Positions 10,196 to 19,809 of a stretch of 64,000 nucleotides of DNA are shown here, one piece after another. Within the stretch, counting starts at the first letter, position 1. Each line of letters begins with the position of its first letter. The stretch is from the NCBI GenBank assembly GCA_036488585.1, contig DASXHH010000002.1:12-64011 (forward strand), read 5' to 3'. Source of the DNA: Candidatus Saccharimonadia bacterium (lineage in GTDB: Bacteria > Patescibacteriota > Saccharimonadia > UBA4664). A program made the position numbers and the translations under genes. The notes beneath the pieces were generated by a model, which ran no database searches, was not told the DNA's origin, and saw only the letters and a program-made list of their open reading frames with translations.

Positions 10196-10832
10196 GGGCA
10201 GCGTTAACGGCGTCGCGAAGGGTGGCATAGTCGTAACCGCCTTGGAGCTGAGTGCCGTTGAGGTAGAAGGTAGGCGTGGCGTTGATGCCGAGTGCATTAC
10301 CGTCAGCCATGTCTTGCGCGATGACCTGCTTGAACTGCTCGTCGTCGATGGCCTTCTTGAACTTGTCGGTGTCGAGGCCGAGGTCTTTGGCGTAACCAAC
10401 GATCTTGCTTTCGGCATCGGTGCCGTTTAACTCACCCCAGTCCTTCTGATTTTCGTATAGCTTGTCATGCATTTCCCAGTACTTACCCTGGTCGCCGGCA
10501 GCCTCGGCAGCTTCGGCGCCGAGCATGGCGTTTTGGTGGATCTGGGTAAGCGGGAAGTTGCGGAAATAGAGCGTAACCTTGCCGTTGTAGTCCTTCATGA
10601 GCTGCTTAACGTTTGGATAGGCGGCGCCGCAGGCCGGGCACTGGTAATCGCCGAACTCCACAAGTTGAACGGAGCCGGAGCCGGTTTTGTGCGAATTATC
10701 GCGAATAATTTTTGAGGCGTCGCCTTTGGGCGCAGGTGTGTTGTCGGGCTTGTTGGCGAGTGCGAACACGCCGATCATGGCTCCGACTACGACGATCAGA
10801 ATGGCGGTAAGAATTTTGGCTTCCTTGGACAC
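10185..10832 (-). CDS. DsbA/BdbD-family thiol-disulfide oxidoreductase
   Basis: TM anchor, EFGDYQCPAC, FRNFPL, GINATPTF. Confidence 0.92.
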   Translation of the reverse strand: MSKEAKILTAILIVVVGAMIGVFALANKPDNTPAPKGDASKIIRDNSHKTGSGSVQLVEFGDYQCPACGAAYPNVKQLMKDYNGKVTLYFRNFPLTQIHQNAMLGAEAAEAAGDQGKYWEMHDKLYENQKDWGELNGTDAESKIVGYAKDLGLDTDKFKKAIDDEQFKQVIAQDMADGNALGINATPTFYLNGTQLQGGYDYATLRDAVNAALKQ

Positions 10833-10865
10833 GAGTAAACTCCTAGTACGAATTAAGCATACATG

Positions 10866-10888
10866 ATTGTGAACAGCTTGGGCTGAGA
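10866..10888 (-). promoter_or_regulatory. TCTCAG box plus putative -10 (CACAAT)
   Basis: Same 11-nt spacing as the other sites; single half-site. Confidence 0.4.
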
Positions 10889-10907
10889 AATTGCACGGGC
10901 GCCGTAA

Positions 10908-12125
10908 TTATTCCCAGCTGAAAACTTTGACAGCGATGACACCAGAGATGACAGCCCAAACGAGCAGGCCGAGGAGGTCGCCACGGACGGCCCAGAGCGA
11001 GGCGTTATCGTTGGCGACGTGGCGCAGAGCATCGGCGAGGTATGTGAGCGGCAGGAAGCCGGTAATGACGCCTAGCAAATGCGGGAAGCTGTCGCGCGGG
11101 AAGAAGGTGCCGGATAGGAACATCATCGGGAATTGGATGAGCTGGGCGACGGGTTGGGCCTGGTCTTCGTTTTTGGCCCAGCCGGCGATGGCGAAGCCGA
11201 TTTCTTGGAAGACGGCGCTACCGATGAGGGCCAGAACGCCAAAGGCCAGCCAGTTGGCAGGGTCGAGATGGAAACCGAAGAACAGGATGCCGATGGTGGC
11301 TAGGAGCAGGGTTTGTACCATGCCCATTATGAGGCGGGTGAGACCCTGAGCGCCCAGGAACATGCCGGGGTGAATGGGTGTGGCTTGGAGGCGACGGAGC
11401 ATGCCGGTGGTCTTGTACGAAACGAAGGCGAAGGCGACCGAGAAAATGCCGATCTGCATAATGGAGAGGCCGATCATGCCAGGCAGCAGGAAGTCGATGT
11501 AGGTGAGGTTTTTGGTTTTAACACCGGAGGCGTCGACCGAAACGATGCGCGGCGCGCCGGTGAGCTGGTCGTTCATGGAGCTAGTGATCTGCTGCAGGAT
11601 TTGTGCGGCGGCCTGGCCGTTACCTGGGCGTTCCTCGTTGTAGTGGGCGGTAACCTTAGCGGGAACGGGGACGCCGTTTTGGATTTGGCCAAAGCCAGAC
11701 GGGATGGTAACGGTGAGGTCGGCATCACCTTTGTCAAGATCGGTGGCGGCCTGGTCGGTAGTCGTGTCGGTAATCTTGAAGGCGGAAACGTCTTTTAGCG
11801 CTTGCTCAAACCGGACGGCCAATTGAGTGTGCGATTGGTTGACCATGTCGATCTTGAAGGACGCGCTGTTGTTCTTGAAGATCAGGCCGAAAACGGTGAT
11901 GAATACCATGGGGAAGAAGAGCGAGAAGAAGATGGCGGTGCGGTTGCGGAAATACATTTTGAGCGAGGCCACGGTGAGGCCCTTGAACGCAGCGTAACCG
12001 CGGTTTTTGATAAGGCGGCGGCGGGACTTGGTGGCCGCAGCCTGGCGGCGGCTGGCAGTGAGCCGCCAACCCACGCGGGCGAGCACCAGCACGGCGACGG
12101 TGATCCAGATAAGGTTGGCCTTCAT
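10908..12125 (-). CDS. ABC-2 type transporter permease
   Basis: YIDFLLPG, GMLRRLQATP, PMMFLSGTFFP, LPLTY. Confidence 0.9.
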   Translation of the reverse strand: MKANLIWITVAVLVLARVGWRLTASRRQAAATKSRRRLIKNRGYAAFKGLTVASLKMYFRNRTAIFFSLFFPMVFITVFGLIFKNNSASFKIDMVNQSHTQLAVRFEQALKDVSAFKITDTTTDQAATDLDKGDADLTVTIPSGFGQIQNGVPVPAKVTAHYNEERPGNGQAAAQILQQITSSMNDQLTGAPRIVSVDASGVKTKNLTYIDFLLPGMIGLSIMQIGIFSVAFAFVSYKTTGMLRRLQATPIHPGMFLGAQGLTRLIMGMVQTLLLATIGILFFGFHLDPANWLAFGVLALIGSAVFQEIGFAIAGWAKNEDQAQPVAQLIQFPMMFLSGTFFPRDSFPHLLGVITGFLPLTYLADALRHVANDNASLWAVRGDLLGLLVWAVISGVIAVKVFSWE

Positions 12126-12886
12126 TAGTCCCTGAGCTCCTTTCCGGTGAGGTCGATGAAGACGTCTTCGAGGGTGGCGGCTTGGACCTTGGTGTGAGGC
12201 TTAAAACCTCGGCCGAGGAGTTGCTTAATGAGGTTATCGGGAGTGTCGAGGGCGATTATTTTGCCCTCGTCCATGATGGCAACGCGGTCACACAGCACCT
12301 GAGCTTCCTCCATGTAGTGGGTGGTGAGGATGACCGTGGTCCCCTTCTTTTGGATTTGGCTCACTAGATCCCAGAGATTGCGGCGGGCTTGCGGGTCGAG
12401 GCCGGTAGTGGGCTCATCGAGGAATATGGCAATCGGCTTGTTAACCAGGGTGGTGGCGATACTGAACCGCTGGCGCTGGCCGCCCGACAGCTCTTTGGCG
12501 GCGGCATGGGCCTTGTCTTCAAGTCCCACCTCTCGTAGCAATTCCATGGCATCGGAAGATTCGGCATAGAGATCGTTAAACAGGCGCAGCAGCTCAATTA
12601 GCTGGAGGTTTGGGAAGAAGGCCGAGGATTGGAGCTGGATGCCGATGCGCTCTTTGACTTGATAGGCTTTTTTGCGCACATCAAGCCCGTCGAGCATAAT
12701 GGTGCCGCTGGTGATGGAACGTAGGCCCTCGATCATTTCCAGGGTAGTGGTTTTGCCGGCGCCGTTGGGACCGAGAATTCCGAAGACCTCCCCTTTTTTA
12801 ACGCTAAAGCTTAAGCCTTTAACGGCCTCAAAGCCGTCGTCGTATTGTTTGCGTAGATCAGTAACTTCGAGAATAGTGGTCGGCAT
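12125..12886 (-). CDS. ABC transporter ATP-binding protein
   Basis: GPNGAGKTT, LSGGQRQR, FLDEPTTGLD, TTHYMEEA. Confidence 0.95.
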   Translation of the reverse strand: MPTTILEVTDLRKQYDDGFEAVKGLSFSVKKGEVFGILGPNGAGKTTTLEMIEGLRSITSGTIMLDGLDVRKKAYQVKERIGIQLQSSAFFPNLQLIELLRLFNDLYAESSDAMELLREVGLEDKAHAAAKELSGGQRQRFSIATTLVNKPIAIFLDEPTTGLDPQARRNLWDLVSQIQKKGTTVILTTHYMEEAQVLCDRVAIMDEGKIIALDTPDNLIKQLLGRGFKPHTKVQAATLEDVFIDLTGKELRD

Positions 12887-12919
12887 AACGGGTACAGCTT
12901 ACCATGGCAAAAGCAAACC

Positions 12920-12948
12920 AAAAAGGCCGCTAAGAGTGCGGCCTTTTT
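12920..12948. terminator. bidirectional-type intrinsic terminator
   Basis: AAAAAGGCCGC-taagagt-GCGGCCTTTTT. Confidence 0.8.
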
Positions 12949-12965
12949 GGTTAGATACGGCAGGT

Positions 12966-13163
12966 TTAGCCCTTCTTCAAAACGAGCAGACCCGTGCGCG
13001 GGTTCTCCACGGACACGTATCCGGCCGGCATCATGTCAACGGCGCCGTCGCGGACATCGCGGGCGAAGAAGTAGATGCGCTGCAAGCGCCCGCCTTTAAG
13101 CGTTACGTCCTTCATATGAAGGTAGTACTGCTGTCCTTTGGAGTTGGTTTGGGAATATGCCAT
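12966..13163 (-). CDS. small hypothetical protein
   Basis: 65 aa, AGGA SD, terminator directly after; NSKGQQYYLH...YFFA...ENPRTGL pattern. Confidence 0.75.
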   Translation of the reverse strand: MAYSQTNSKGQQYYLHMKDVTLKGGRLQRIYFFARDVRDGAVDMMPAGYVSVENPRTGLLVLKKG

Positions 13164-13443
13164 ACAAATTCCTACTTAATTATCTTACCTGTTATTATGC
13201 TTATGCTATATCTGTTGTCAACGACTTTTTATCTTAAGAAACGAAGAAATTTGAGCGTTTGCTCGAATTTGAACTCGATTAGATATAGTTCCGACAGGTT
13301 TTCATTTTTTATTAATTCAATGCTGGCAGGTACTTATCAACACGAGTATTGCTCGTTTTCCACAGGTTAAGCGTCCGACGGACAAGGCCCACCTTTGACA
13401 TAAGACTGCCGAGAAGGGACTATTGTATTAATTAAGCATAAGA

Positions 13444-14139
13444 ATGATGAATCATCAGCTGCTCCAATACATATCATTTGCTAGAAGCAAAAAAATGAGC
13501 GACGAGGATATAAGGTCCAATTTGGTATCCGCCGGTTGGTTGGCGCAGAAGGTAGACGAGGCGCTGAAGGGCGGCGATAAAGCCCTGCTCGTGCCTCCAC
13601 CGCCGCCGCCGAGTGCCGGATCCCCGGTGGCGGGCAGCACTCAACAGCCGATCGCAGTGGTATCTCAGCGCACAACCCGGGGTCTGGAGTACGTCATCAT
13701 GTTCCTGGCGCTGGGAGTAACGGCGATTTCGCTGGGTGAAGTGCTCCACAGTATTGTGGATGAGAGCTTTGGCAACACTAGCAGCTTCGAGGGGCTGGTG
13801 TCGTACGCAACGTCGGCGCTGATTGTGGCGTTGCCGATTTTTGCGATTTTATTCTTGCGGCTGAAGAAGGCTGAGCAAGGTGACGCAAACTTGAGGCGGG
13901 ATTCATCGCGACGGCACGCGGTGCAGCTAACCCTGATCGTGGCGTTTTTGTGGGGGTTGTTCCGCTTGGTGACCTACATTTATAGTCTGCTGAACGGTGG
14001 CCTAAGTAATTCGATCGGGGGCGGTGGCGGAACGGTTTCCCCGGTGGCTAATTTCCTGCACGCTTTGATTACGGTTGCGATCGCCGGTGGCATCTTTGCC
14101 TACTATTGGACAGATGAGCACCACAAGGGACAAGAATAA
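13444..14139 (+). CDS. membrane protein, DUF5671-like
   Basis: N-terminal IRSNLVSAGW small domain, poly-Pro linker, four TM segments. Confidence 0.7.
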   Translation: MMNHQLLQYISFARSKKMSDEDIRSNLVSAGWLAQKVDEALKGGDKALLVPPPPPPSAGSPVAGSTQQPIAVVSQRTTRGLEYVIMFLALGVTAISLGEVLHSIVDESFGNTSSFEGLVSYATSALIVALPIFAILFLRLKKAEQGDANLRRDSSRRHAVQLTLIVAFLWGLFRLVTYIYSLLNGGLSNSIGGGGGTVSPVANFLHALITVAIAGGIFAYYWTDEHHKGQE

Positions 14140-14594
14140 TGAAACGGTATTACATCTTCATTGGCCTGCTGGTGCTAGTGGCGGTGGCGGCAACTGTTGC
14201 TCAGTCATTCATGGGCAGGAGCGTAAAGACTGACCAGGGCCTAACCCAAAACATCTCAGATTTTGATACCACAATCCAAGACTATGCCCTGGCACACAAT
14301 GCCCTACCGCAGTCTAACCAGGTGCCGGTACCGGGAGACGTGGCTTACTCGGTAACCGGGCGGGAGGCCTACGAACTATGCGGCACGTTTTTGACCGAGA
14401 ACCGTGATCCTAACCCTAGCGCCAACGTGAATGTGCCGGGTACGATCGACGCCACCTATCACGGCAAGGGCTATCAGTGCTTTAACGGCTCAGTGTCGCT
14501 GCCCAATACGGTGATTGAGCCGGCCCCGAAACCAAGCGTGACCCCAACAGTGCGCCCGATCATTCAGACGACGCCACAAGGAGCGGGTAACTAA
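14139..14594 (+). CDS. membrane-anchored hypothetical protein
   Basis: TAATG coupling to upstream gene, N-terminal TM, YELCGTF...HGKGYQCF. Confidence 0.7.
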   Translation: MKRYYIFIGLLVLVAVAATVAQSFMGRSVKTDQGLTQNISDFDTTIQDYALAHNALPQSNQVPVPGDVAYSVTGREAYELCGTFLTENRDPNPSANVNVPGTIDATYHGKGYQCFNGSVSLPNTVIEPAPKPSVTPTVRPIIQTTPQGAGN

Positions 14595-14902
14595 ACGTCG
14601 GCGAAGAGCGTAATATTGTCGTGATCCACGCGAATAATGCCGCGGGCGATTTGAAACTCCAGACGTTGAAAGCCGGTGTTTAGGACCACGGTGCCGCCGG
14701 TGAGGAGTGAGAAGAAGTTGATGTGGCCGGCCAGGATATCGAAGGGACCGGTGCGGTTGGCGGCACTCACACTCACGGCCTCGCCTTCGTAGTAGGTTTG
14801 ATACGGGCTGATAATGCGGATCTTGAAGCGGTTTTTGAGCTTTTTTCCGTCGTCGACTTTCTGGGCTGCACCATAGGTACCGCCGGAGGTGGTGATGGCC
14901 AT
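14591..14902 (-). CDS. atpC: F1 epsilon-like subunit, N-terminal beta-sandwich only
   Basis: IISPYQTYYEGEA, GPFDILAGH; ends at ITLFADV; directly follows beta. Confidence 0.8.
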   Translation of the reverse strand: MAITTSGGTYGAAQKVDDGKKLKNRFKIRIISPYQTYYEGEAVSVSAANRTGPFDILAGHINFFSLLTGGTVVLNTGFQRLEFQIARGIIRVDHDNITLFADV

Positions 14903-16353
14903 TAGATGAGGATCTCTTCGATCCCGCTCAGGGTTTGCTCGCGGCTAAAGTAAGCGCCGGGGATGCCGTTGAGCTTTTCGGTGACGAAGAAGGTCTGCGA
15001 GAAAAATTCGATGAGTTTTTTGGCCTTCTGGTAGTCGGCGCGATCCTGGGGGCTAAGCTCGTTTTCACCGATGATAGCGATAATGTTTTTGAGCGAGTCG
15101 TATTTCTGCATGATGGCCTGCACCTGGGTGACAAGCAGATAGTGGCGGTCGCCAACGACTTCGGGCGTGACGAGCGAGGAGCTGGTCCTAATGAGATCGA
15201 CGGCCGGGCGGATGCCCATTTCAGCCACCTGACGGGAGAGCACGATGACGGAGTCGATTTGTGAACTAATTTCTTGTACAGCGGGGTCGGTGAGGTCGTC
15301 GGCCGGGACGTATATGGTCTCGACGGCGGTAATGGAGCCGTTGGCGTTGGAATAGAGGCGGTCCTGGAAACGCTTGAGGTCGGAGAAGATGGTAGCCTGG
15401 TAACCACCCTCAGACGGAATCTGGCCCATCATAGTAGAGAGCTCATTACCGGCCTGGATGTGGCGGTAGACGTTGTCGACGAAGAACAGGATGTCTTTTT
15501 TCTCCTCGTCTCTGAAGTACTCGGCGAGAGTGGTGGCTGACAAGCCGACAATGGCGCGCATAGCCGGATTCTCGTTCATCTGGCCGTAGAACATGGCGGT
15601 GGACTTGAGCATGTCGCGCTCTTTAAGCGTTTCGTACAGCTCGTGGCCCTCACGGATGCGCTCACCGATACCGGCGAAGAAGGCGAGTTTGGATGGGTCC
15701 TTACCGACGTTGTTGATGATCTCCATAATGAGAACGGTTTTGCCAACACCGGCGCCGCCGATGATGCCGATCTTGCGACCTTTAACGAACGGGGTGAAGA
15801 AGTCGAGTACTTTGATGCCAGTTTCGAGCAGCTCATCCTTGTTGCCGAAGAGCTGGTTGGAGGAGGCGTCGGTGTATATACTGCGGCGCGGGACGTCGGG
15901 GCCCTGCTCGGGGCCGTGATCGGCGGCCTGGCCCACCGCGTTGTAGAGGCGACCGAGGGCCTTAGCACCGGTGGGGACCGCAATGGTGGTCCCTGTGGAG
16001 ACGACTTTGGCGCCGCGCTTGACCTCGGGGCTGACGACGAAGGCGATGCAAATAGCGTCGCGGCGGTCGTTGTAGGAGTTGACCTCGAGCATGATATCGG
16101 GGTGACCCTCGATGGAGAGGACCTCGCGTAGGGGTGGGCGCTCGTTGCCCGGGAAGGCTACTTCTACGATGAGGCCGCGTATGGATACAATGTGGCCGGT
16201 AAAGCCGGTGCCGGCTTTACGAGTGGGAGCTGTCTCGGCCGGTGCCGGCGGGACGGGAGGAGTGGTTACAGCCGAAGTTTCGGCCGCCGTAGCCTGAGCC
16301 GGGGTCGCTGATGCGGTACTGGGTGGCGCGGTTTTGGCCGCTATTTCTGCCAT
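14902..16353 (-). CDS. atpD: F1 ATPase beta subunit (divergent)
   Basis: LETGIKVLD, GGAGVGKT, GIGERIREG, YGQMNENP, FVDNVYR, YVPADDLTDPA. Confidence 0.93.
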   Translation of the reverse strand: MAEIAAKTAPPSTASATPAQATAAETSAVTTPPVPPAPAETAPTRKAGTGFTGHIVSIRGLIVEVAFPGNERPPLREVLSIEGHPDIMLEVNSYNDRRDAICIAFVVSPEVKRGAKVVSTGTTIAVPTGAKALGRLYNAVGQAADHGPEQGPDVPRRSIYTDASSNQLFGNKDELLETGIKVLDFFTPFVKGRKIGIIGGAGVGKTVLIMEIINNVGKDPSKLAFFAGIGERIREGHELYETLKERDMLKSTAMFYGQMNENPAMRAIVGLSATTLAEYFRDEEKKDILFFVDNVYRHIQAGNELSTMMGQIPSEGGYQATIFSDLKRFQDRLYSNANGSITAVETIYVPADDLTDPAVQEISSQIDSVIVLSRQVAEMGIRPAVDLIRTSSSLVTPEVVGDRHYLLVTQVQAIMQKYDSLKNIIAIIGENELSPQDRADYQKAKKLIEFFSQTFFVTEKLNGIPGAYFSREQTLSGIEEILI

Positions 16354-16475
16354 CTCACCTCTAAGCGCTAATGGTTATATTCTACAGTATTAGCAGGAGA
16401 GAGTGCCAGTGACACTGGGGGGAGGATAGAACAAACCCCTGCCCCGGCGCTGGGCGCAGGGTCAGGGGCGATTGG

Positions 16476-17282
16476 TTAGAAACCAGGGAGCCGGGGGTAC
16501 TTATCGACGATAGCGCGCAGATCAGCTTCGGTGTATCTGGCGCGGTCGATGCGGGTCCACTCGTTGGGCGAGAGATTGGGCTGCCAGGGACAGACGGAGC
16601 GCATCCAGTCAAGGCGGCCACTGAGCTCGTGGGTCCAGGGGTCGCGCCGGGTGTACTGAATGATCTGGCAGTTATGGATGCGGTCGTGAGGAACAGTGGA
16701 GGCATCCAACTGGGCGTATCGCTCCAGTGTCATCCGCTCGATTAGGTAGCGGTAGCCCCACATCACCTCGCCGTGACAGACCACCAGCACATTCATGCTG
16801 CTACATTCGCGATCGAGGGTGCCAAAGAGCCGGTCGAGGCGCAGGGTCAGCTGAGCCATGGATTCTCCGTTCGGGGGAATCCACGAGAACGGATCGGTCT
16901 GCTTGCGCTCCATCGAATCCCGGTAGCGAGTCAGGCGCTCTTCATGGGACAGGGTGTCTAGGTCGCCCCATTCACGCTCGCGCAGCCTCACCTCGCGGTA
17001 CCAGGGCGGCCCCTGAGTGCCAAGTAGTGAGGCCGTTTCGAGAGCGCGGATGTGATCGGAGACGTAGCGGCGGTCGAAGTAACCCAGCTGGTTGGCATTA
17101 AGCCATTCGCCAGCCGACTCGGCCTGCGTGACGCCCTTGGTTGAAAGCCGGTATTGCCAGCCCAAACGCTTCTTGTACTCGGGGGTGAAGAGGCTGAGGT
17201 CGCCCTGTCTCGAGGCCTTTGAGGCCACATTGCCTTCAGACTGGCCGTGGCGTACGAAGACGAGATTGATCGGCATGGCCAT
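16476..17282 (-). CDS. histidine phosphatase (phosphoglycerate mutase family)
   Basis: VRHGQSEGN, LREREWG, GES, VCHG; start at MAMPINL after an AAAGGGG SD. Confidence 0.88.
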   Translation of the reverse strand: MAMPINLVFVRHGQSEGNVASKASRQGDLSLFTPEYKKRLGWQYRLSTKGVTQAESAGEWLNANQLGYFDRRYVSDHIRALETASLLGTQGPPWYREVRLREREWGDLDTLSHEERLTRYRDSMERKQTDPFSWIPPNGESMAQLTLRLDRLFGTLDRECSSMNVLVVCHGEVMWGYRYLIERMTLERYAQLDASTVPHDRIHNCQIIQYTRRDPWTHELSGRLDWMRSVCPWQPNLSPNEWTRIDRARYTEADLRAIVDKYPRLPGF

Positions 17283-17367
17283 TGAAGACCACCCCTTTCT
17301 GGTTGGGAATAGGTGCACACCTGCTAACATTATACCAGACTGTAATAATAGCCTCTTGTAAATAGGC

Positions 17368-18228
17368 TTAGTTAATGGAGAGGGCGTTCATGGCGTTGAC
17401 GATCTCTTTGATGCGATCGTCGGCCTCGCCACGGCGGGCGCGGTTGTAGGCCATAATGAGGCTCACCTGCAGCTCGCGGGCACGCTTCTTGGCGGCTGAC
17501 ATGGCGGTGAAACGCGAGGCGTATTGAGCTAGGCGTGATTCGAGGATGACCTGCGAGAGCGCAATTTCGAGCATAACCGACTCGAGGTAGCGCACTACGT
17601 CATCGACGCTGGGCTCAAACAGGTACTCGCGGGGGCTAATGATGTCACCGTCGGTTTTTTCGTCGGCATCGGAACCGAGTGCCCGCACCCGACCTAGCAG
17701 GTCGATGCGGCCGACTTCCTGCACCGACAGTGAGATGTATTTTTGGAACCAGACCGTCGGCTTCTTGTAGCCAAGCAATTCGTCAACGATCGGCGAGACA
17801 TCGATGGCCTGGTCGACGTCAGGTAAGCGGAAGTAGCGCTTGATTTTGGCATGATTTTGCACGAATTGGGTAGCACCGTGCGCGCCGATCACAATCAGGT
17901 CGGTGGTCTTGGGATCGAGACTGTCGAGGACGGTGTGGACGATGCGTTGGTCGATATCTCCAGACAGACCACCTTCGGAGGTGAGTACTAGAAACACATT
18001 GGGTTTATCGCGTTTGGGGCCGTTTTTACCGGTAAGCCGCTCGGTGGGGTCGATACGGAGCTGGGTGTAGATTTTCCAGAGTTCGGCAAAGAAGAGCTGG
18101 CTGCGCTGCACTCGGTCTTTGATTTTACCGATGCGCATGGAAGCGATGGACTCGAAGATGCCGGTGAGCTCGGTGACGGTACCAACCTGGCCGGCTTCTT
18201 TTTGGATGGAGAGCGCTTGAGTACCCAT
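17368..18228 (-). CDS. atpG: F1 gamma subunit (divergent)
   Basis: TSEGGLSG, YLFEPS, ASRFTAM...YNRARR...IKEIV. Confidence 0.88.
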   Translation of the reverse strand: MGTQALSIQKEAGQVGTVTELTGIFESIASMRIGKIKDRVQRSQLFFAELWKIYTQLRIDPTERLTGKNGPKRDKPNVFLVLTSEGGLSGDIDQRIVHTVLDSLDPKTTDLIVIGAHGATQFVQNHAKIKRYFRLPDVDQAIDVSPIVDELLGYKKPTVWFQKYISLSVQEVGRIDLLGRVRALGSDADEKTDGDIISPREYLFEPSVDDVVRYLESVMLEIALSQVILESRLAQYASRFTAMSAAKKRARELQVSLIMAYNRARRGEADDRIKEIVNAMNALSIN

Positions 18229-18234
18229 GCGAGC

Positions 18235-19809
18235 CTACTTCTTGACCTGGGGTTGAGCAGCAGCCGGGGCGGGGGCAGCTTGGGCAGGGGCGGGAGTGCC
18301 GGGTGCACCCGGGGCGGCTGGCGGCTTGGAGCCGGGAGCGCCACCCGCGGCGCCGGTTACACCCGCGGTGGACGGCGGGGTGGGCGCCTGTACAGTCACC
18401 TCACTGAGCAGCTTGGCGATGGCGGCGTCCCAATCGGCGTCGGAGCTTTGGGCGGTGAGCGAGGTCGCCACTTCCTTGGCTTTGCGCTTGAGGCTGTCGA
18501 TGTTGATAGCGATTTTGCCCTCCGTCTTCATGACTACACCCATGATCAGGTCCTGCTCGTTGGCGGAGTAGACCACGTCCGGGGGTTGTTTGAGGGCTTC
18601 GTAAATTTTCTTACCGAGCTCGAGATCCATTTTGCTCTCCAGGGCCAATTCGGAGCCGAAGTGCGAAAATTCGGCTGCCTGGCGGTAGGCGGCCAGCTTT
18701 TTGAACAGCATGGCGGTAATTTTCTTCTGGCGCTTGGTCTGACCAACACCACCAACGCGGGACACCGACAAGCCGACTGACAGGGCTGGACGGATGCCAG
18801 CGCGGAAGGCCTCGGAGTCGAGGATGTACTGACCGTCGGTGATAGACATGATGGAGGTAGGCAAAGGGCTAGTGATGTCGTTGTTGGGAGTGAGCACCAC
18901 CGGGATGGCCGCCAAGGTGGCGCCGTTTTTGGCTAGGCGACCGGCGCGCTCGAGCAGACTGGAGTGGGCGTAGAACATGTCGCCTGGGTAGGATGCGCGG
19001 CCAGGAGCAACCTTGAGCAAGAGCGACAATTCGCGGTAGACCTTGGCATGGTTGGAAAGGTCATCATAGATGATGATGCAGTCTTTGCCGTCGTTCCAGA
19101 GGTACTCGGCGACGGTGGCGCCGATGTAAGGCGCAAGGTACGACTGAGTGAGCGAGTCGAATACCGAGGCCACGATGATGACGCAATATTCCATGGCGCC
19201 AGTGGTGTTGAGTTGGGTAATGAGCTTGTCGACGTCGGCTTTGCGCTTAGAGATGAGGACATGAATGACAATGCGTCCGGTCCCCTTCTGGGCCAGTGTG
19301 AGCTGCATGGTGAAGGCGGACTTTCCGACCTTGTTGTCACCGAGTACGGCGATACGCTGCCCCTTCACGAGCGGGAACAGCTGGTCGGAGATGGCCACGC
19401 CGGTGGTGAGTGGCTCGTCGAGCTGTTTGCGTTCAATAATGCCGGGCGCCACCTTGAACACCGGGTCGTAACGGCTGAAGGTGATGGGACCCTTGCCGTC
19501 GAGCGGAGTCCCGTTGACGTTGATGACGCGGCCGACCACGCTCGCGCCTACGCCGGTTACTAAGGCATCAGATTCAATGACGGCCAAGGTGCCGATCGGG
19601 ATTTCCTCGGCGGTCATGTTTAGCACCATGACGGTATCGGCGCGCACTTCGCGCACCATGCCTTGATGTCCGTTTTCGAAGTAGATGAGCGCGTTGACGG
19701 CAACTTCGCCGAGCCCGCGGATGGTCACGAGGAACCGGTCGACGGCGATGACCTCGCCGGTGGGCCGGCCTTCGGAGACCAATTTGGCGAATTTAGGGTT
19801 ATCAAACAC
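18235..19809 (-). CDS. atpA: F1 ATPase alpha subunit (divergent)
   Basis: APGIIERK, KGQR, GDNKVGKS, YDDLSNHAKVYRELSLLL, YPGDMFYAHSSLLERA, SITDGQ, SVSRVG. Confidence 0.93.
   Translation of the reverse strand: MFDNPKFAKLVSEGRPTGEVIAVDRFLVTIRGLGEVAVNALIYFENGHQGMVREVRADTVMVLNMTAEEIPIGTLAVIESDALVTGVGASVVGRVINVNGTPLDGKGPITFSRYDPVFKVAPGIIERKQLDEPLTTGVAISDQLFPLVKGQRIAVLGDNKVGKSAFTMQLTLAQKGTGRIVIHVLISKRKADVDKLITQLNTTGAMEYCVIIVASVFDSLTQSYLAPYIGATVAEYLWNDGKDCIIIYDDLSNHAKVYRELSLLLKVAPGRASYPGDMFYAHSSLLERAGRLAKNGATLAAIPVVLTPNNDITSPLPTSIMSITDGQYILDSEAFRAGIRPALSVGLSVSRVGGVGQTKRQKKITAMLFKKLAAYRQAAEFSHFGSELALESKMDLELGKKIYEALKQPPDVVYSANEQDLIMGVVMKTEGKIAINIDSLKRKAKEVATSLTAQSSDADWDAAIAKLLSEVTVQAPTPPSTAGVTGAAGGAPGSKPPAAPGAPGTPAPAQAAPAPAAAQPQVKK

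Noticed and set aside
13334-13364. Two DnaA-box-like 9-mers (TTATCAACA, TTTTCCACA) in an AT-rich gap, possible oriC
   Set aside because: Only two one-mismatch boxes and no dnaA or dnaN nearby.
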